Below, one piece after another: positions 34,710 to 46,739 of a stretch of 64,000 bases of DNA (within the stretch, counting starts at the first letter, position 1; each line of letters opens with the position of its first letter). Made by a program: the position numbers and the translations under genes. Source of the DNA: Octopus bimaculoides (taxonomy: Eukaryota). The stretch is taken from contig NC_068991.1 in assembly GCF_001194135.2 (NCBI RefSeq), positions 41,285,540-41,349,539 of the forward strand. The letters run 5' to 3'. The notes beneath the pieces are model-generated. The model did no database searches, had not been told where the DNA came from, and worked only from the letters and a program-made list of their open reading frames with translations.

Positions 34710-35160
34710 TGGGGGTGCTGAGAAACCTCTCTAATGGCTATTGAGGCATGCCAGCATGCTTGCAGTGTTGCTGCAGGTGATAGCGAGGCTGATGCACTGG
34801 AATAGCTAAGTGCCCGCATGAGCCTCACCAGTTACTTCTGCTAGGCGAATTGCCAATGAAGACAGGAATCTTGCATTTAGTGGTCCAACCCCACCAAACA
34901 TCTCAACCGCCACAGGATGGAAAATGTAGTTGGCCCACAGATCGCAGTATTTCAGGATTTTGTCCTGCTTGGCCACAGAAGCTGTGGATCTCACCCTGAC
35001 CACAGTATGTGGGATGTGAGAAGAAACAAAAGAGTTGCTAACTGTGACATCCCAGACAAGGCATCATTCAAGCTGAGTAGGTCACCAACATTAGCCACAG
35101 GGATCGCATCAATCCAGTCACCTGAATATTTGGTGCTAGCAGACAGTAAGTGGCACCTTG
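34710..35160 (-). mobile_element. CRE-clade-like non-LTR retrotransposon 3' remnant (restriction-like endonuclease region)
   Basis: 'LLSASTKYSGDWIDAIP' then 'KILKYCDL...FHPVAVEMFGGVGP..ARFL..LA.RLAEVTGE...LFQCISLAI..SNTAS', resembling 'K..KY.....F.P.AVET.G..G...LFQR.S.A.QRGNA'. Confidence 0.6.
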
Positions 35161-35559
35161 AAAACTAGTCTGACTGGATGAAGAGGGAGTCAAAGGTGGC
35201 TTTACACAAGTGCCACAGCATACAACGTTTACAAACTATTATACAGGATGATATGCTACCAATATTTTTGTTTGTAAAGTATTGTCATTACTGTCACTAC
35301 CTAGCATGGTGAACCATATCCCACTTTCCTTACCTGCTGCTTCCTCTCCAGTGAGCACTATAGTATCTTGCCAACTAGAATCTAATCAACTAGAGTGTGC
35401 ATTTCTTGTTCAATGCAGCATCCCTAGTTACTCAACAAGAAGTCCAGAGCTTCTCATGATAAGCACCAAATGCCACTGCCCTATTTTGTCTTTGAATATC
35501 TTTTTCATTGCTATGCAAAATATTTACTCAGAGAATAAACTTTAAATAGAATTTATCAG

Positions 35560-36130
35560 CATATTTTCTCTGCAGATAAAAAGCATGATGTTATAATTGC
35601 AATGATTTCCCAGAATAGTTTAACACAGCTTCTACATCACTTTGATGACATTTTAAATGTTTTGTGATAGATCCCAATATAGATGTCATACACTTTGATT
35701 TCAACAAAGCTTGCTTTGGGAGAATAAAAATAAATAAAAACGCTATCCAGTATGGCATTTGGTGAAAAATAAAAGTATTACTCAGGATCAAATGTTTCCT
35801 GGTCTAGTAGGCATGACCCAACATGTGATTACTGGAATTCTCTCAAGCTCAGCTAGTCAGTGGTATAGTTCAAGGCACTGTGTTTGGCCTACTTCTCTCC
35901 ATAATTTACATAAATAGTATCACAAATATCATCAAAGACAGCAAAATGAAGATTTCCATAAATGACTCTTAAGCAGTTTTAGAAAGTTATTAACAGGGTA
36001 AGAGATAGGACAAAATTCCAATCTAGCTTACATTCAATTGGTAAAGCAAAACAATATGCTGCTTGATAAGGAAAAAATTGAGTTCATTCATATTGGAAGA
36101 AAGGATCTACTTAAACAGTCACATTCTCAT
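35560..36130 (+). mobile_element. CR1/L2-like LINE reverse-transcriptase remnant
   Basis: Decayed 'DVIY.DFNKAF', 'SG.VQGTVFG.LL..IYIN.I...IKDSKMKI..ND' motifs with stops and frameshifts. Confidence 0.6.
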
Positions 36131-36139
36131 CTCTCAAGA

Positions 36140-37470
36140 GAACCTCTCATAGTGTCATGACCATTGTTAACAGGGTGCACTTGACAGCACTGGTCCCTCA
36201 CTATTCAATGGTGCACCCTCAGATTTACAGTGATATTCTTAATTCAAAAACTGGATGTGATGCAGCTATTATTCTGGTTGTTAGAGCCACTTACCACCAC
36301 GGCCTCATATACAACCCCCTAGGCCTTGCATTGGCCTCCCACAGGGCAGCCACTGTACTCCCAGCATGAGCAACCGGCCTCTGCTTGTGTCTTAGGGATA
36401 TTCACTAAAATTGTTTTAATGCTGGGTGTGTAACTATAGGAGACCCTTAGGTTGTACCTATTGAACAAACGTCTGTACCTGTGTAACTGCATGAAGTACT
36501 TGTCCACAAACCTAAGGAATATCCTTCCCACACAAGTTTTAACAATGATAGAGAAGGGTTGGTGTAAACCAAATAACATTCCAGTGGTGTTTTCTTTTGT
36601 GGGTGCTATTACCTGGCATACAGATATGGTCCTTAAACCCACTGGACGCCAGAGCCTTGTTATAATAGAGGGCTGTGGCATTTAAAATCTCTTGATTCAG
36701 GGACAGGTTTGAGATCCTCTGACACCCTTCACTAAGTTCATGATAGCCAGGTAGCAGGAGGTAGCGTTGATGCAAGACAGTTTCTTGTTTGGTTTGCAGT
36801 AGGGCCTGTATGAAACAAAGCCTAAATCTAGCATTACGTCTTAGAAATTTACGATGGTGAGGTTGGTCACAATTGTTATTTTGAGTCCCATGGAACCTAG
36901 GGTGCTAGTCAGGTTCTTCCTAAGTCCATCAAGGGTGTGCCCATCAGCTCCTGTAGAGACCAAAGAGGACTGAATCCCATCAGCTCCTGTAGAGACCAAA
37001 GAGGACTGAATCCCATCATCTCTGTAGAGACCAAAGAGGACTGAAGCGGCCCTCTTTTTTAAGGTGTCCAGGATATACAGCCCAATGAGGTTACATATGT
37101 CGGTACTGTCATAAGTTCCCATTGTCACATCAGAGGAGCCCACGAGGTTGGTTTGTTTGACCCAGGTCAAACATTTATTAAACAACATCATTTTCCTGAC
37201 ATGCATAATAATATCAATGTCACTATGGCTAATGTCAATGAAGCCTCTAGTAAAGGAAAGTGCCTTGACCAGTAACCCTTTTGATATAAGTAAAAGTCGA
37301 CTATGTTGAATTCAGTGAGCCTTGCTCTACTCCTCCCCTGGTTGGCATTAAGCCATGAAATTACTTTGTTGGTGCTGTGCCTTAGGGAAATGTTGGAGGC
37401 ACTTCTTATGTTGTCATTAATTTTCCTTAGTATTTTTTTGCTCACCAGACTGATCTTGGATTTGGTCACT
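36140..37470 (-). mobile_element. Penelope-like element remnant (RT plus start of GIY-YIG)
   Basis: ORFs 37188-37469, 36841-37206 (DVTMGTYDSTDICNLIGLYIL, GLYRDDG, NF), 36539-36775, 36319-36681 (F.R.NLRVSYS, CSC....CP..GQC). Confidence 0.85.
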
Positions 37471-38491
37471 ATCTACTGCAAGCGTGGGGATTCCCCATTC
37501 GTTGATCAGGACCATAAAAAATTTGCTGACTGGACTCACTGTAAGAGCGAGGATTCCCTGTTTATTGATTAAAGCCATAAAAAATTTAACTGGAATCGAT
37601 CTAAGGGCGATAACCCGTCCCACCTAGGGCTCAGACAATATATATTTTTGTTTACAAGATTAACTGACTAACGTTTTTCTATATCCATTTTGAAAAAAAG
37701 GTTATGTGCCTGTGGCCACTGGAGTCTGACGTGCCATCTATAAGGCTAAGCACTTTATGGATGTAAAACCATTGGTCATTCTATGATCGGACATATAATT
37801 GACTTTCTATAAATACAGACATACACGCACAACAATATAAGCTTGTACACTTTGCCCCTGTTCACCACACAGCGATTTCCTGTTTACCATGCAGTATTTT
37901 CCAAGTAACCGTTGTTGCTGATATACCAGCGTCAAACTGCGACACTGCGTGACTTTCCCCGACCAATTGCAGCTCACTTTATGGTAATGACAATCGACTT
38001 TCAAATTCATTCAAATTCTCAATTGATTTCGATTAGCATCATGTTTGAAACTCGGTTTACCAATGAATTTGAATCAAACTGTATTGATTCACACACACAC
38101 ACACCTGTGCTGGTGACACGTAAACGGCACCTATGCTGGTGACACATAAAAGACACTCAGTACACTCTGTAGAGTGGTTATATTTTATAGCATAATTTTC
38201 TAAAAAACAGAAAAGTTTTCAGCATTTAATTCTGTCCCTCTTTGATTCTGAGTTCAAATCATACTAGGTTGGCTTTGCATTTTGTTCCTCTAGGTCAACT
38301 TTGACATTTTTCCTTCCAGAGTTTACTGTTTTACACCCCTCAATAGTTGATAAAACAAGTGCCAGATTTGATTGCATATACACCTCCCCAATATATCTGT
38401 GACTCAGTGATGAAGTAAAAAATAATTTCATAAATATTCAATGTTATTGAAGATAACAGAGACAACAGAATACTTACACTAAAACATTAGC

Positions 38492-38497
38492 TTTATT
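38492..38497 (-). terminator. Candidate AATAAA polyadenylation signal of DNAAF3
   Basis: tttatt on + strand about 250 nt past the stop codon. Confidence 0.4.
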
Positions 38498-38744
38498 CTG
38501 TCCCTCTTAATTTTGAGCTCAAATCCTACTAGGATTGACTTTGTCCTTTGTTTCAATGGCAACAATGAAAATAAACACCACTGATATACAGATATAAAAT
38601 TGAATTTGTGCTCATGAGTTAAATTATAATTGCAAAATTTGCAGATGGAAACTTTTTTCTAAATTAGCAGAAAACTTCCATTGACATATTTTTTTTTTGC
38701 AATATCATTTTATAATTGAAGATGAGATAATGTAAATGAAGTTG

Positions 38745-38813
38745 TCAACAGTTTTCTCGTTCAAAACTGAATTTGATAAAAGCATCTTTTTGTGCATCAA
38801 CAGGATATGATAC
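38745..38813 (-). CDS. DNAAF3: DNAAF3 last coding exon
   Basis: ctattttcag|GTA...TGA; VSYPVDAQKDAFIKFSFERENC*, phase 0 fits the previous exon. Confidence 0.8.
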   Translation of the reverse strand, partial: VSYPVDAQKDAFIKFSFERENC

Positions 38814-40240
38814 CTGAAAATAGAAGAAAGAAATGTTAAGAACCATCAAAATATAAATGTTTGTATATTACGTAGGTGTTCATACATGTTTGTTTTTTAT
38901 CTTTTATCTTTTACTTGTTTCAGTCATTAGTCATTTGTAATCGAATGAATCGATCCCAGTACTTTTTCTTTTTAAGCCAAGTACTTATTTTGTTGGACTC
39001 TTTGGCCAAACTGCTAAGTTATGGGGGCTTAAACAAACCAACACCAGTTGTCAGGTGGTGGAGGACAAACAAACACACACACACTCTCTCTCTCTCTCTC
39101 TCTTTTATTTTTTTAGTTTTTTATTTGTTTCAGTCATTTGACTGTAGCCATATTGGAGAACTGCCTTGAAGGATTTTAGTTGAAGAAATTGACTCCAGGA
39201 CTTATTTTTTAAGCCTAGTAGTAATTCCAGCAGTTTCATTTGCTGAACTGCTAATGTTATGGAGATGTAAACATACCAACACTGGTTGTCAAGCAATGGT
39301 GGTATGACAAACACAGACACAAAGACACACACACACACAATGGGTTTCTTTCAGTTTCTGTCTACCATATCCACTCACAAAGCTTTGGTCAGCCTGGGGC
39401 TATAGTAAAAGACACTTGCCCAAGATGCCATGCAGTGGGACTGAACCTGGAACCATGTGGTTATGAAGCAAGCTTCTTACTACACAGCTATGCTTGCACC
39501 AATAAAATGAAATCTTTCAGCTGACTGATGAAAATGCTTATATTGGTTGTTTTACATTCAACAACTATCATTGCTTAGTTTATGGTTGATGTCATCAATG
39601 TATTTGATGGCAAATTAACAATGGTCAGCTTACTACTGACATTATCATTCTATTTGTTGGGCATTGAACAACCTTCAGTGGTTAACTTATTGCAGACAAC
39701 ATAAGTCTATTTGATATGTCTGGTTGTTTATCACAATCTTGCTGACTAGAAATAACCCAGGCAGAGTCTCACTACAACAATCTGTCCTGATTTAATAGTG
39801 TTGGTATATTTTATAACTATTTGCTCTTGACTATCTAAGTATACTAAATTAGCCATAGCTAAGTAGCCTTAAGTTTTTTACCTTGGTGTTCCCTGCATCA
39901 TCTATTTTTATTGAGGTAATGTCTTGGTCTCAACCTTAATCATTTTATTTTGTATTAAGTGTTAAACCAGCAATAGGAAAGGACTTCTTTTAATCTTATT
40001 TCAATAAACTCTATCTGTATGTATTTGTAGTTCAACTAATGACAAGGGAGAAATAAATCAGCAATGGTATTTTTATATATAAACTTAGCCATTAAGGATT
40101 AATGTTTTAGAAATACAGAATAGGTTAGTGAAGAGATATAGATTGTCCCTTTAATTGGCAGCCTATACTATTTCAGTTCTATCTTTATTAAGATACAACT
40201 GTTAAAAAAAAATTGAGGAAATAAATTGTGCACCTCTTAC

Positions 40241-40322
40241 CTTACAACCAACTGAATGAATTTTCTCAGTTGCTTTATCAATAAAATCCTGCAGCTTCTC
40301 TTTCCTCAGGTCCAACATGAAT
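40241..40322 (-). CDS. DNAAF3: DNAAF3 exon
   Basis: cacaacag|A TTC...AAG|gtaaga, 82 nt; (K)FMLDLRKEKLQDFIDKATEKIHSVGCK aligns to human 'RYLVDVRQEQLQGF'. Confidence 0.88.
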
Positions 40323-41399
40323 CTGTTGTGAAAGACATGTTCAGTTTTATTTTAAATGTAATTTTTCAGAGAATTATAAATTCCATTTTATTCTAAGTAA
40401 AAATGAGATTTCTGAGAAAATGCTAGCATAGAAAAAAGTTATTCATCCACTAAAACAGAACTGAAATCCTAAAACCAAGGTATCATGCAAAAAGTACTGG
40501 TGATGGTGCCATGCAAAAATGCACCCAGAACATACTATAAAGTGGTTGGTGTTAGGAAGGGCAGCCAGCTATAGAAACCAAGCCAAAAAAGACTGGAACC
40601 TGGTGTGGCCATTGGCCTTGTCAGTTCCTGTCAATCAATCCAACCCATACTAGCATGGAAAATGGACGTTAAATGTTGACAGTATTGATGAAGATGATTG
40701 TAATGATATGTAATTAAAGGCAACAAGTATGACAAGGATGATGATCTCACTTCATTTATATCTTTATACTTTGAATGTTGCATTTATAAGGATAGTGAGT
40801 TGTATGAATAACAGAGCCCTACACCAAACAACTTATATTCAAGTGCATCATTCCTTTATGTTAAAAATTTTGCTGGGTTAAATGGTCTTTCATTTCTCTG
40901 ATGTTTATAAAAAAAATACCAGCAACGAATTAGCTGTACCTTTCGCTGGTTCAAATTCATCTTGAGTTTAGTCATAACAAATTAAATGTTAATTTTTCAT
41001 CAAAGATTTTTCATTTCATTTCCCAAACTTGTATAACTAATATAACTAATGAAGAACTGAAGATGATGAACTGTTTGAATGCTTCATTAAAAGTAATAAG
41101 TTCAATATATTTTTATTATGGTAATATAATTAATAGCGAGTCTAGGACTAATTATAGAATTGTGGTTAGGGTTTAAGGCATGTGGACAAAATTTCATGAG
41201 GAACTATATTGGTAGTGCCCCAGTATGGCCAGAGAGCAAGAAGGTACCATCCTTGCTGGTGGCAAAATAATTACTTCAATATGTCATTGAAAAACTATTT
41301 AGTGTGCCTGCCAGCACCTCCTTCTACAAAGCATGAATAATAAAGATAATTGAATAAGAAATATCTGGAAAATGGTCTATTGGATAGAGTTTTACTTAC

Positions 41400-41474
41400 T
41401 TGGCAGTTTCAATAATGATTTTTGTTTGATTGGAAAATATTGGTGTTATTTCTGGTATTAAATTATGGATTGAA
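41400..41474 (-). CDS. DNAAF3: DNAAF3 exon
   Basis: ttttcctcaag|T TCA...GCC AA|gtaagt, 75 nt; SIHNLIPEITPIFSNQTKIIIETA aligns to 'MVHLLIPEL......LIVELA'. Confidence 0.88.
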
Positions 41475-42705
41475 CTTGAGGAAAAAATACAAAAAAGATC
41501 AATGAAGAAAAAATATAATAATCATATCGACAGTCAAATAAGGATTGGTAAACTCTTTATATTTCAGCAAATATTTTCCTGTTTCACTAGGTGTAAGTAG
41601 AGATGAGATGTCAAAGTGAATTGAATATTGGGGCTTCCTGTTGATGCCCCATCATGTTTCTGAGAAAAATCCTTAATTCTACATTGTCTCACTTCACTGT
41701 CAGGAATAGATACCAAGTCATCTGTCAATGCTCAGAAACTACCAATTACCTTGGCCCAGCTAACCATTTGGAACTGGAGTCTGGTTCTGATTATGAACTA
41801 GACATAATAGCAGTCCATTTGATAGTAAACCCATTAGATATGGATATCCACCACCAAATGGCTATATTTCTTGAATACAATTGACAATTTTTTGTTGTCC
41901 ATGACATGAGGCACGACCATGACACTTGGAGACTTTTCCACCCATTGCAAGCAAGGAAAAAGAACATGTAAATAATAATGATGAAGATGATGATAATGAT
42001 GTTTTTGTGTGTGTGTGCATGCATGCATATGTGTGTATGAGTGCATGTGTTTTGTATTGGCATTGCACACTAACAGCCAACAAATGTCATCATCATACAA
42101 ACAATGTTGTTTATCTGAAATCTTCCATGAAAAAAATGTCTGCACTATTGGAAAATATCGCTTTGCATGGAAACAAGAAAAGTTTGATAACAGATAGAGC
42201 ATCCTATCACCCCTTCGTTTCTCATTCATAAACACAAGAGTATTATTATAGTAGATTATCTCAGTAACCATGGGAGCTATGAAAAAAATACAAAGCCCAG
42301 CAACACCACTGGATCATTCTATACATCTGTGTAATTTTTTGCGCAATTCCACCCAGCCGTTTGACTGTGAATCCCAAGACAAGAAAGAATCTCCCATGTT
42401 AAATTTATATGTATAGATATATATTACATGGGAAAATGCAAGCATGAAAAGTAATATTCTTAAGATTATAAACCTGGAAAAGTACAGGACAAGTTATTAC
42501 ACCTGTAAAAGTATAGGACAAGCTATTACTTCTCGTAAAGAATAAGAAACTTTTTACTTAAAATATTGCAACAAAGAATGCCAGTTCTTCTAATTTATCA
42601 CTCTTTACAGTTCTCATTTTTTAAATTTATTGTACAAAACTCAGCTAATTTGTAAGTTTGTCTAATTAGTCACAATAAGGTAGGAAGGGGTGATGTCAAA
42701 TTTAT

Positions 42706-42739
<34 letters not shown>

Positions 42740-43802
42740 GTTNNNNNNNNNNNNNNNNNNNNNNNNNNNNNNNNNNNNNNNNNNNNNNNNNNNNNNNNNN
42801 NNNNNNNNNNNNNNNNNNNNNNNNNNNNNNNNNNNNNNNNNNNNNNNNNNNNNNNNNNNNNNNNNNNNNNNNNNNNNNNNNNNNNNNNNNNNNNNNNNNN
42901 NNNNNNNNNNNNNNNNNNNNNNNNNNNNNNNNNNNNNNNNNNNNNNNNNNNNNNNNNNNNNNNNNNNNNNNNNNNNNNNNNNNNNNNNNNNNNNNNNNNN
43001 NNNNNNNNNNNNNNNNNNNNNNNNNNNNNNNNNNNNNNNNNNNNNNNNNNNNNNNNNNNNNNNNNNNNNNNNNNNNNNNNNNNNNNNNNNNNNNNNNNNN
43101 NNNNNNNNNNNNNNNNNNNNNNNNNNNNNNNNNNNNNNNNNNNNNNNNNNNNNNNNNNNNNNNNNNNNNNNNNNNNNNNNNNNNNNNNNNNNNNNNNNNN
43201 NNNNNNNNNNNNNNNNNNNNNNNNNNNNNNNNNNNNNNNNNNNNNNNNNNNNNNNNNNTATATATATATATATCATCAACATATTCAGCATCGTATTCAA
43301 TGTGTCCTTTCTTCTAAAAGACAATAAAGTATGATTTGCGGGATATTTGATTGTTACTTCTGGTAGGTCATGTGACAGCATAGATGTTCCCTCATTGGCT
43401 CCCTCATAAAGAATAATAGTGCCAGAACAGGCACTGGTGTCACAATTAGCCAGTGTGCTTGTTAAGATATATATATTAGCAGCAGAGGTAGTATTAATAC
43501 TGAAATAAATGAGTTGTACTTTCTTACAGTATCTATTCACAGCTGGACAGAGTGGCATATTGAGTTGGATGACTTTGCTAAAGACAAAGCTGACTGTTGT
43601 TTAAGGAATACAGAAATATGGGCTGCAGCCCACTTAAATGGTAGATCGATAGCATAACAACTCAGTCACTTGTAACTCTGATGATACAAAGTAACATGAA
43701 ATGAGATTATCTATAAAATAATTGTGAAAAATTATTAGAAAACCACTTAATGAACAAACACAGGTTATCTTTCTTGATCAACATAAAGCTAAATATACTT
43801 AC

Positions 43803-43917
43803 GAATTAGAGAAATATATGATGTCAAACAAATGCTTATATTGTTCTTTTAGAGGCATACTCTTGATTGCATCAAAAGGAAGAAATGTGACTTTGAAAGA
43901 ATCCACTGGGATAGACT
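43803..43917 (-). CDS. DNAAF3: DNAAF3 exon
   Basis: ctgctttag|AG TCT...AAT TC|gtaagt, 115 nt; SIPVDSFKVTFLPFDAIKSMPLKEQYKHLFDIIYFSN aligns to 'SFTVHFLP.....Y...F.LLY'. Confidence 0.9.
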
Positions 43918-44465
43918 CTAAAGCAGAAATTGAGAAAAACATTTTTTTACATTAATTATGAAAATTTTTTTTTCTGAACTATTTGAATTTTTACATTACA
44001 AATAAAATTTGTTTTAGCTGTATATATATATATATATATATATATATTTCGTATGTGTATTTCGTGTGCAAGATTCTTGATGTGGATACGTGTGTTGAAA
44101 GAAATACAATTAAACCTTGGGAGAGGCATTATGCCGGTAATAAACACACGCACTGGTTCAGTCCTTTATTAATTTATATAGTTTTTTGTTAAATTATTTC
44201 ATTGCACTCTTGCAATCTCTTCAGTAACTCCACTTCCATTTATTTTGAATATATGATCTAGCATTGTTTTGGCGTTGTTTTGGCATTGTTTCGAAACTGT
44301 TTGGTATGNNNNNNNNNNNNNNNNNNNNNNNNNNNNNNNNNNNNNNNNNNNNNNNNCGTTTATATCAGATCAGATAGAGACTTTTTAATTAATTTATTTA
44401 TGTTCATATTCCGCATCATATGTGTGAACAACACATGCAACCATGGGCAATTGTAAGGCCCTCAT

Positions 44466-44712
44466 CTACGTGTATTTGGTGTTTAAAATTGGTTGCGTTT
44501 CAGTTATGAGGACCGACTCCTGTATTTGTCGCAACGATGCGTCACCGGGGTGTCTAGACAGGATTTCTATGCTAATTCTGTCCAGTACACCACCATGTTG
44601 TTCTTTGGCATGCTGGTAGAGCACCGAAGTTTGTTTTTGATTATTATAGTCCCTCCAATGTTCGTTTACACACTCAGCCAAACTTCTTGCCGTTTCACCT
44701 ATATATATATAA
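44466..44712 (-). mobile_element. Penelope-like GIY-YIG endonuclease fragment
   Basis: YIYIGETARSLAECVNEH...LYQHAKEQH...LRQIQESVLI...PILN, a typical PLE GIY-YIG C-terminus. Confidence 0.8.
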
Positions 44713-45260
44713 AAACCATGTGTCAAGTGGAAAATCATAGAAAGATCCATGCCATATGTTAATGGATCTAAAAAATGCAAGTTATGTGTAGCTGAAAGAA
44801 TGCATATCCTTTTTTAGATCTAAGAAGAAATCCACTACACTGCAGAATTTCAAACCAGAAATTTTAAGCAAATGAAAACATATAGACAAATTTCATTTGG
44901 TGAATTGGAGAACACCACCTTCTCCAGATTGTGCAGCTGTCTCACAGACTTTAGACCTCTTCCATTGATTCTACACCATCTAGCCTTATGACTCTACAAT
45001 CAAAGGGGACATAAGTCTAATTCTTTTTCTTTTTTCCTTTCTTTTTCTATTCTTTCACCATTCCACTTTTTGAACCCACCTTCATCTCACTTTTTTTTCT
45101 TTTGATTTCTCTTGTTCTATTGTTCTGATTTGTAACTAGTAAAGGCCATGTAGCCAGAGCCTGAAGATAACTTGGAGACACCGTGAAGCATGTTACGTAA
45201 TAACAGGCTAATCAGATATGAGATAGTAATAGTTCAAAGTAAATAACTCTGAAAAGGGCT
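44713..45260 (+). mobile_element. Penelope-like element 3' fragment, opposite orientation
   Basis: WKIIERSMPYVNGSKKCKLCVAERMHIL...KPEILSK*KH..KFHL resembles the PLE 'W.I.......GS.RC.LC..EK..I...R.E..SKCRH..KF.L' terminus; downstream boundary approximate. Confidence 0.65.
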
Positions 45261-45469
45261 TTCGTGCATTCCCAGAGAATATTACCCACAGGAGCGCTAG
45301 TGTTGGTATATTTGTGAATAAGTCATGAACCAAAATAAGTGGATCTATTGTTTAGGAAAATACTATTTACTTGTTTCAGGGTTGTACTGGATAAATTGCG
45401 GAAATAACTAACAGTTCAAATACTAAGAAATAAGCATACACAATTTCATTTTTACCAAATAATTTAGGA

Positions 45470-45760
45470 AAATGAATGGACTATTTCCCTTGGCTATATA
45501 TAAGGATCCGTTCCAGGGGCGAATAGGTTATTTCCTTTGGCTTTTTAAAATAAAATTTATTAGATATATATAAGGATCCCTTCCAGGTGCCCTATTATCG
45601 ATTTTTTTTTAACAATCTGAGTATGCCACGAGGTTTCCAGACATGAGTTCTACTCATGTGTCAAGTTTCATCAAAATCGATAAAACGATGTAGAAGTTAG
45701 CTAACAACTCCACAAACACACCCACAGACAGAATTTCCTACCTATGTAGTATATATATAT
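45470..45760. mobile_element. Helentron/DINE-like non-autonomous repeat
   Basis: Duplicated 'tatatataaggatcc.ttccagg' and 'gtgtcaagtttcatcaaaatcg...acaaacacacccacagacag' core. Confidence 0.45.
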
Positions 45761-45810
45761 GACGAGGATTCTATGGTGGGTAAAAAAAAAAGAAAAATAT
45801 TGTGGCTTAC

Positions 45811-45885
45811 CATAACCAACATTTTCGTTTGTTTGGGTAACATTTGAAACTTCAGCATCATTTGGATCTAACTCTTCTGTAACTT
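45811..45885 (-). CDS. DNAAF3: DNAAF3 exon (acidic variable linker)
   Basis: tttaaaag|AA GTT...TAT G|gtaagc, 75 nt, phase 1-1; (E)VTEELDPNDAEVSNVTQTNENVGY(E); open and phase-compatible, falls in the poorly conserved linker. Confidence 0.65.
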
Positions 45886-45899
45886 CTTTTAAAGCATGA

Positions 45900-45940
<41 letters not shown>

Positions 45941-46070
45941 CTACATAAAACACTTTCAATACAGTAACAATAAACCACAGCACATACCCAAGGCACACAG
46001 AGCTGTGCTCAGTGGTGCAGGGAAAACCATGTGATAAAAATAAGATTACTGAATGATGATAATGATGATG

Positions 46071-46132
<62 letters not shown>

Positions 46133-46739
46133 GGTTCCGAATTTTGGCACAAGGCCAGCAAGTTCGGAGGAAGGAGTAAGTAGATTACTTTGACTCCAGT
46201 AATTGACTGGTATGTATCCATTGACTCTGAAAGGATGAAAGGTAGAGTCGACCTCAGTGGAATTTGAACTCAGAATGTAAAGATGGATGAAATGCTGTTA
46301 AGCATTTTGCCTGGCAAATTAACAATTTTGCCAGCTCACCGCCTTTTAATAATAATAAAAATAATAATAATAATAATAAAGATGGTGATTGTGATGATAA
46401 TGATAATAATAATAGTTGTAATAATGTTGATGGTAGTGAAAGTATTGATATTTGTAGTTATAACAGTAATAATGTGTCAGATCACTTTTTTAGTGCTACT
46501 GGTAACATGTTATCCAGTACAATCTGTTTCATGGTCTGGCAGTTGGCAATTAAACTGACAACCCTACCAAGTGCTTGCTTGGTAATGAGGGTGACTTTTG
46601 TTGGACACTCTACAGAACAATAAACGAAACCTGTTAAAGGGCAGATGAACTCATTAGAGTTAATGGCTATCCAACTATATGAGTCTTTATCTGCTGCGAG
46701 AATAAATACTGGAGGTGGTAAGCAGTGTAGGATAATCAG

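Noticed and set aside
41650-42270. Cluster of overlapping ORFs in a DNAAF3 intron
   Set aside because: No recognisable homology, interrupted by microsatellites, no consistent splice signals.
42662-43558. 298-aa ORF and similar long ORFs across N runs or microsatellites
   Set aside because: Length comes from assembly gaps and (TA)n, (TG)n, (AAT)n or (CAA)n repeats.
45150-45215. Hammerhead-like CTGAAGA...GAAG after the Penelope fragment
   Set aside because: GAAA is mutated, stem II pairs poorly and helix I does not pair next to the core.
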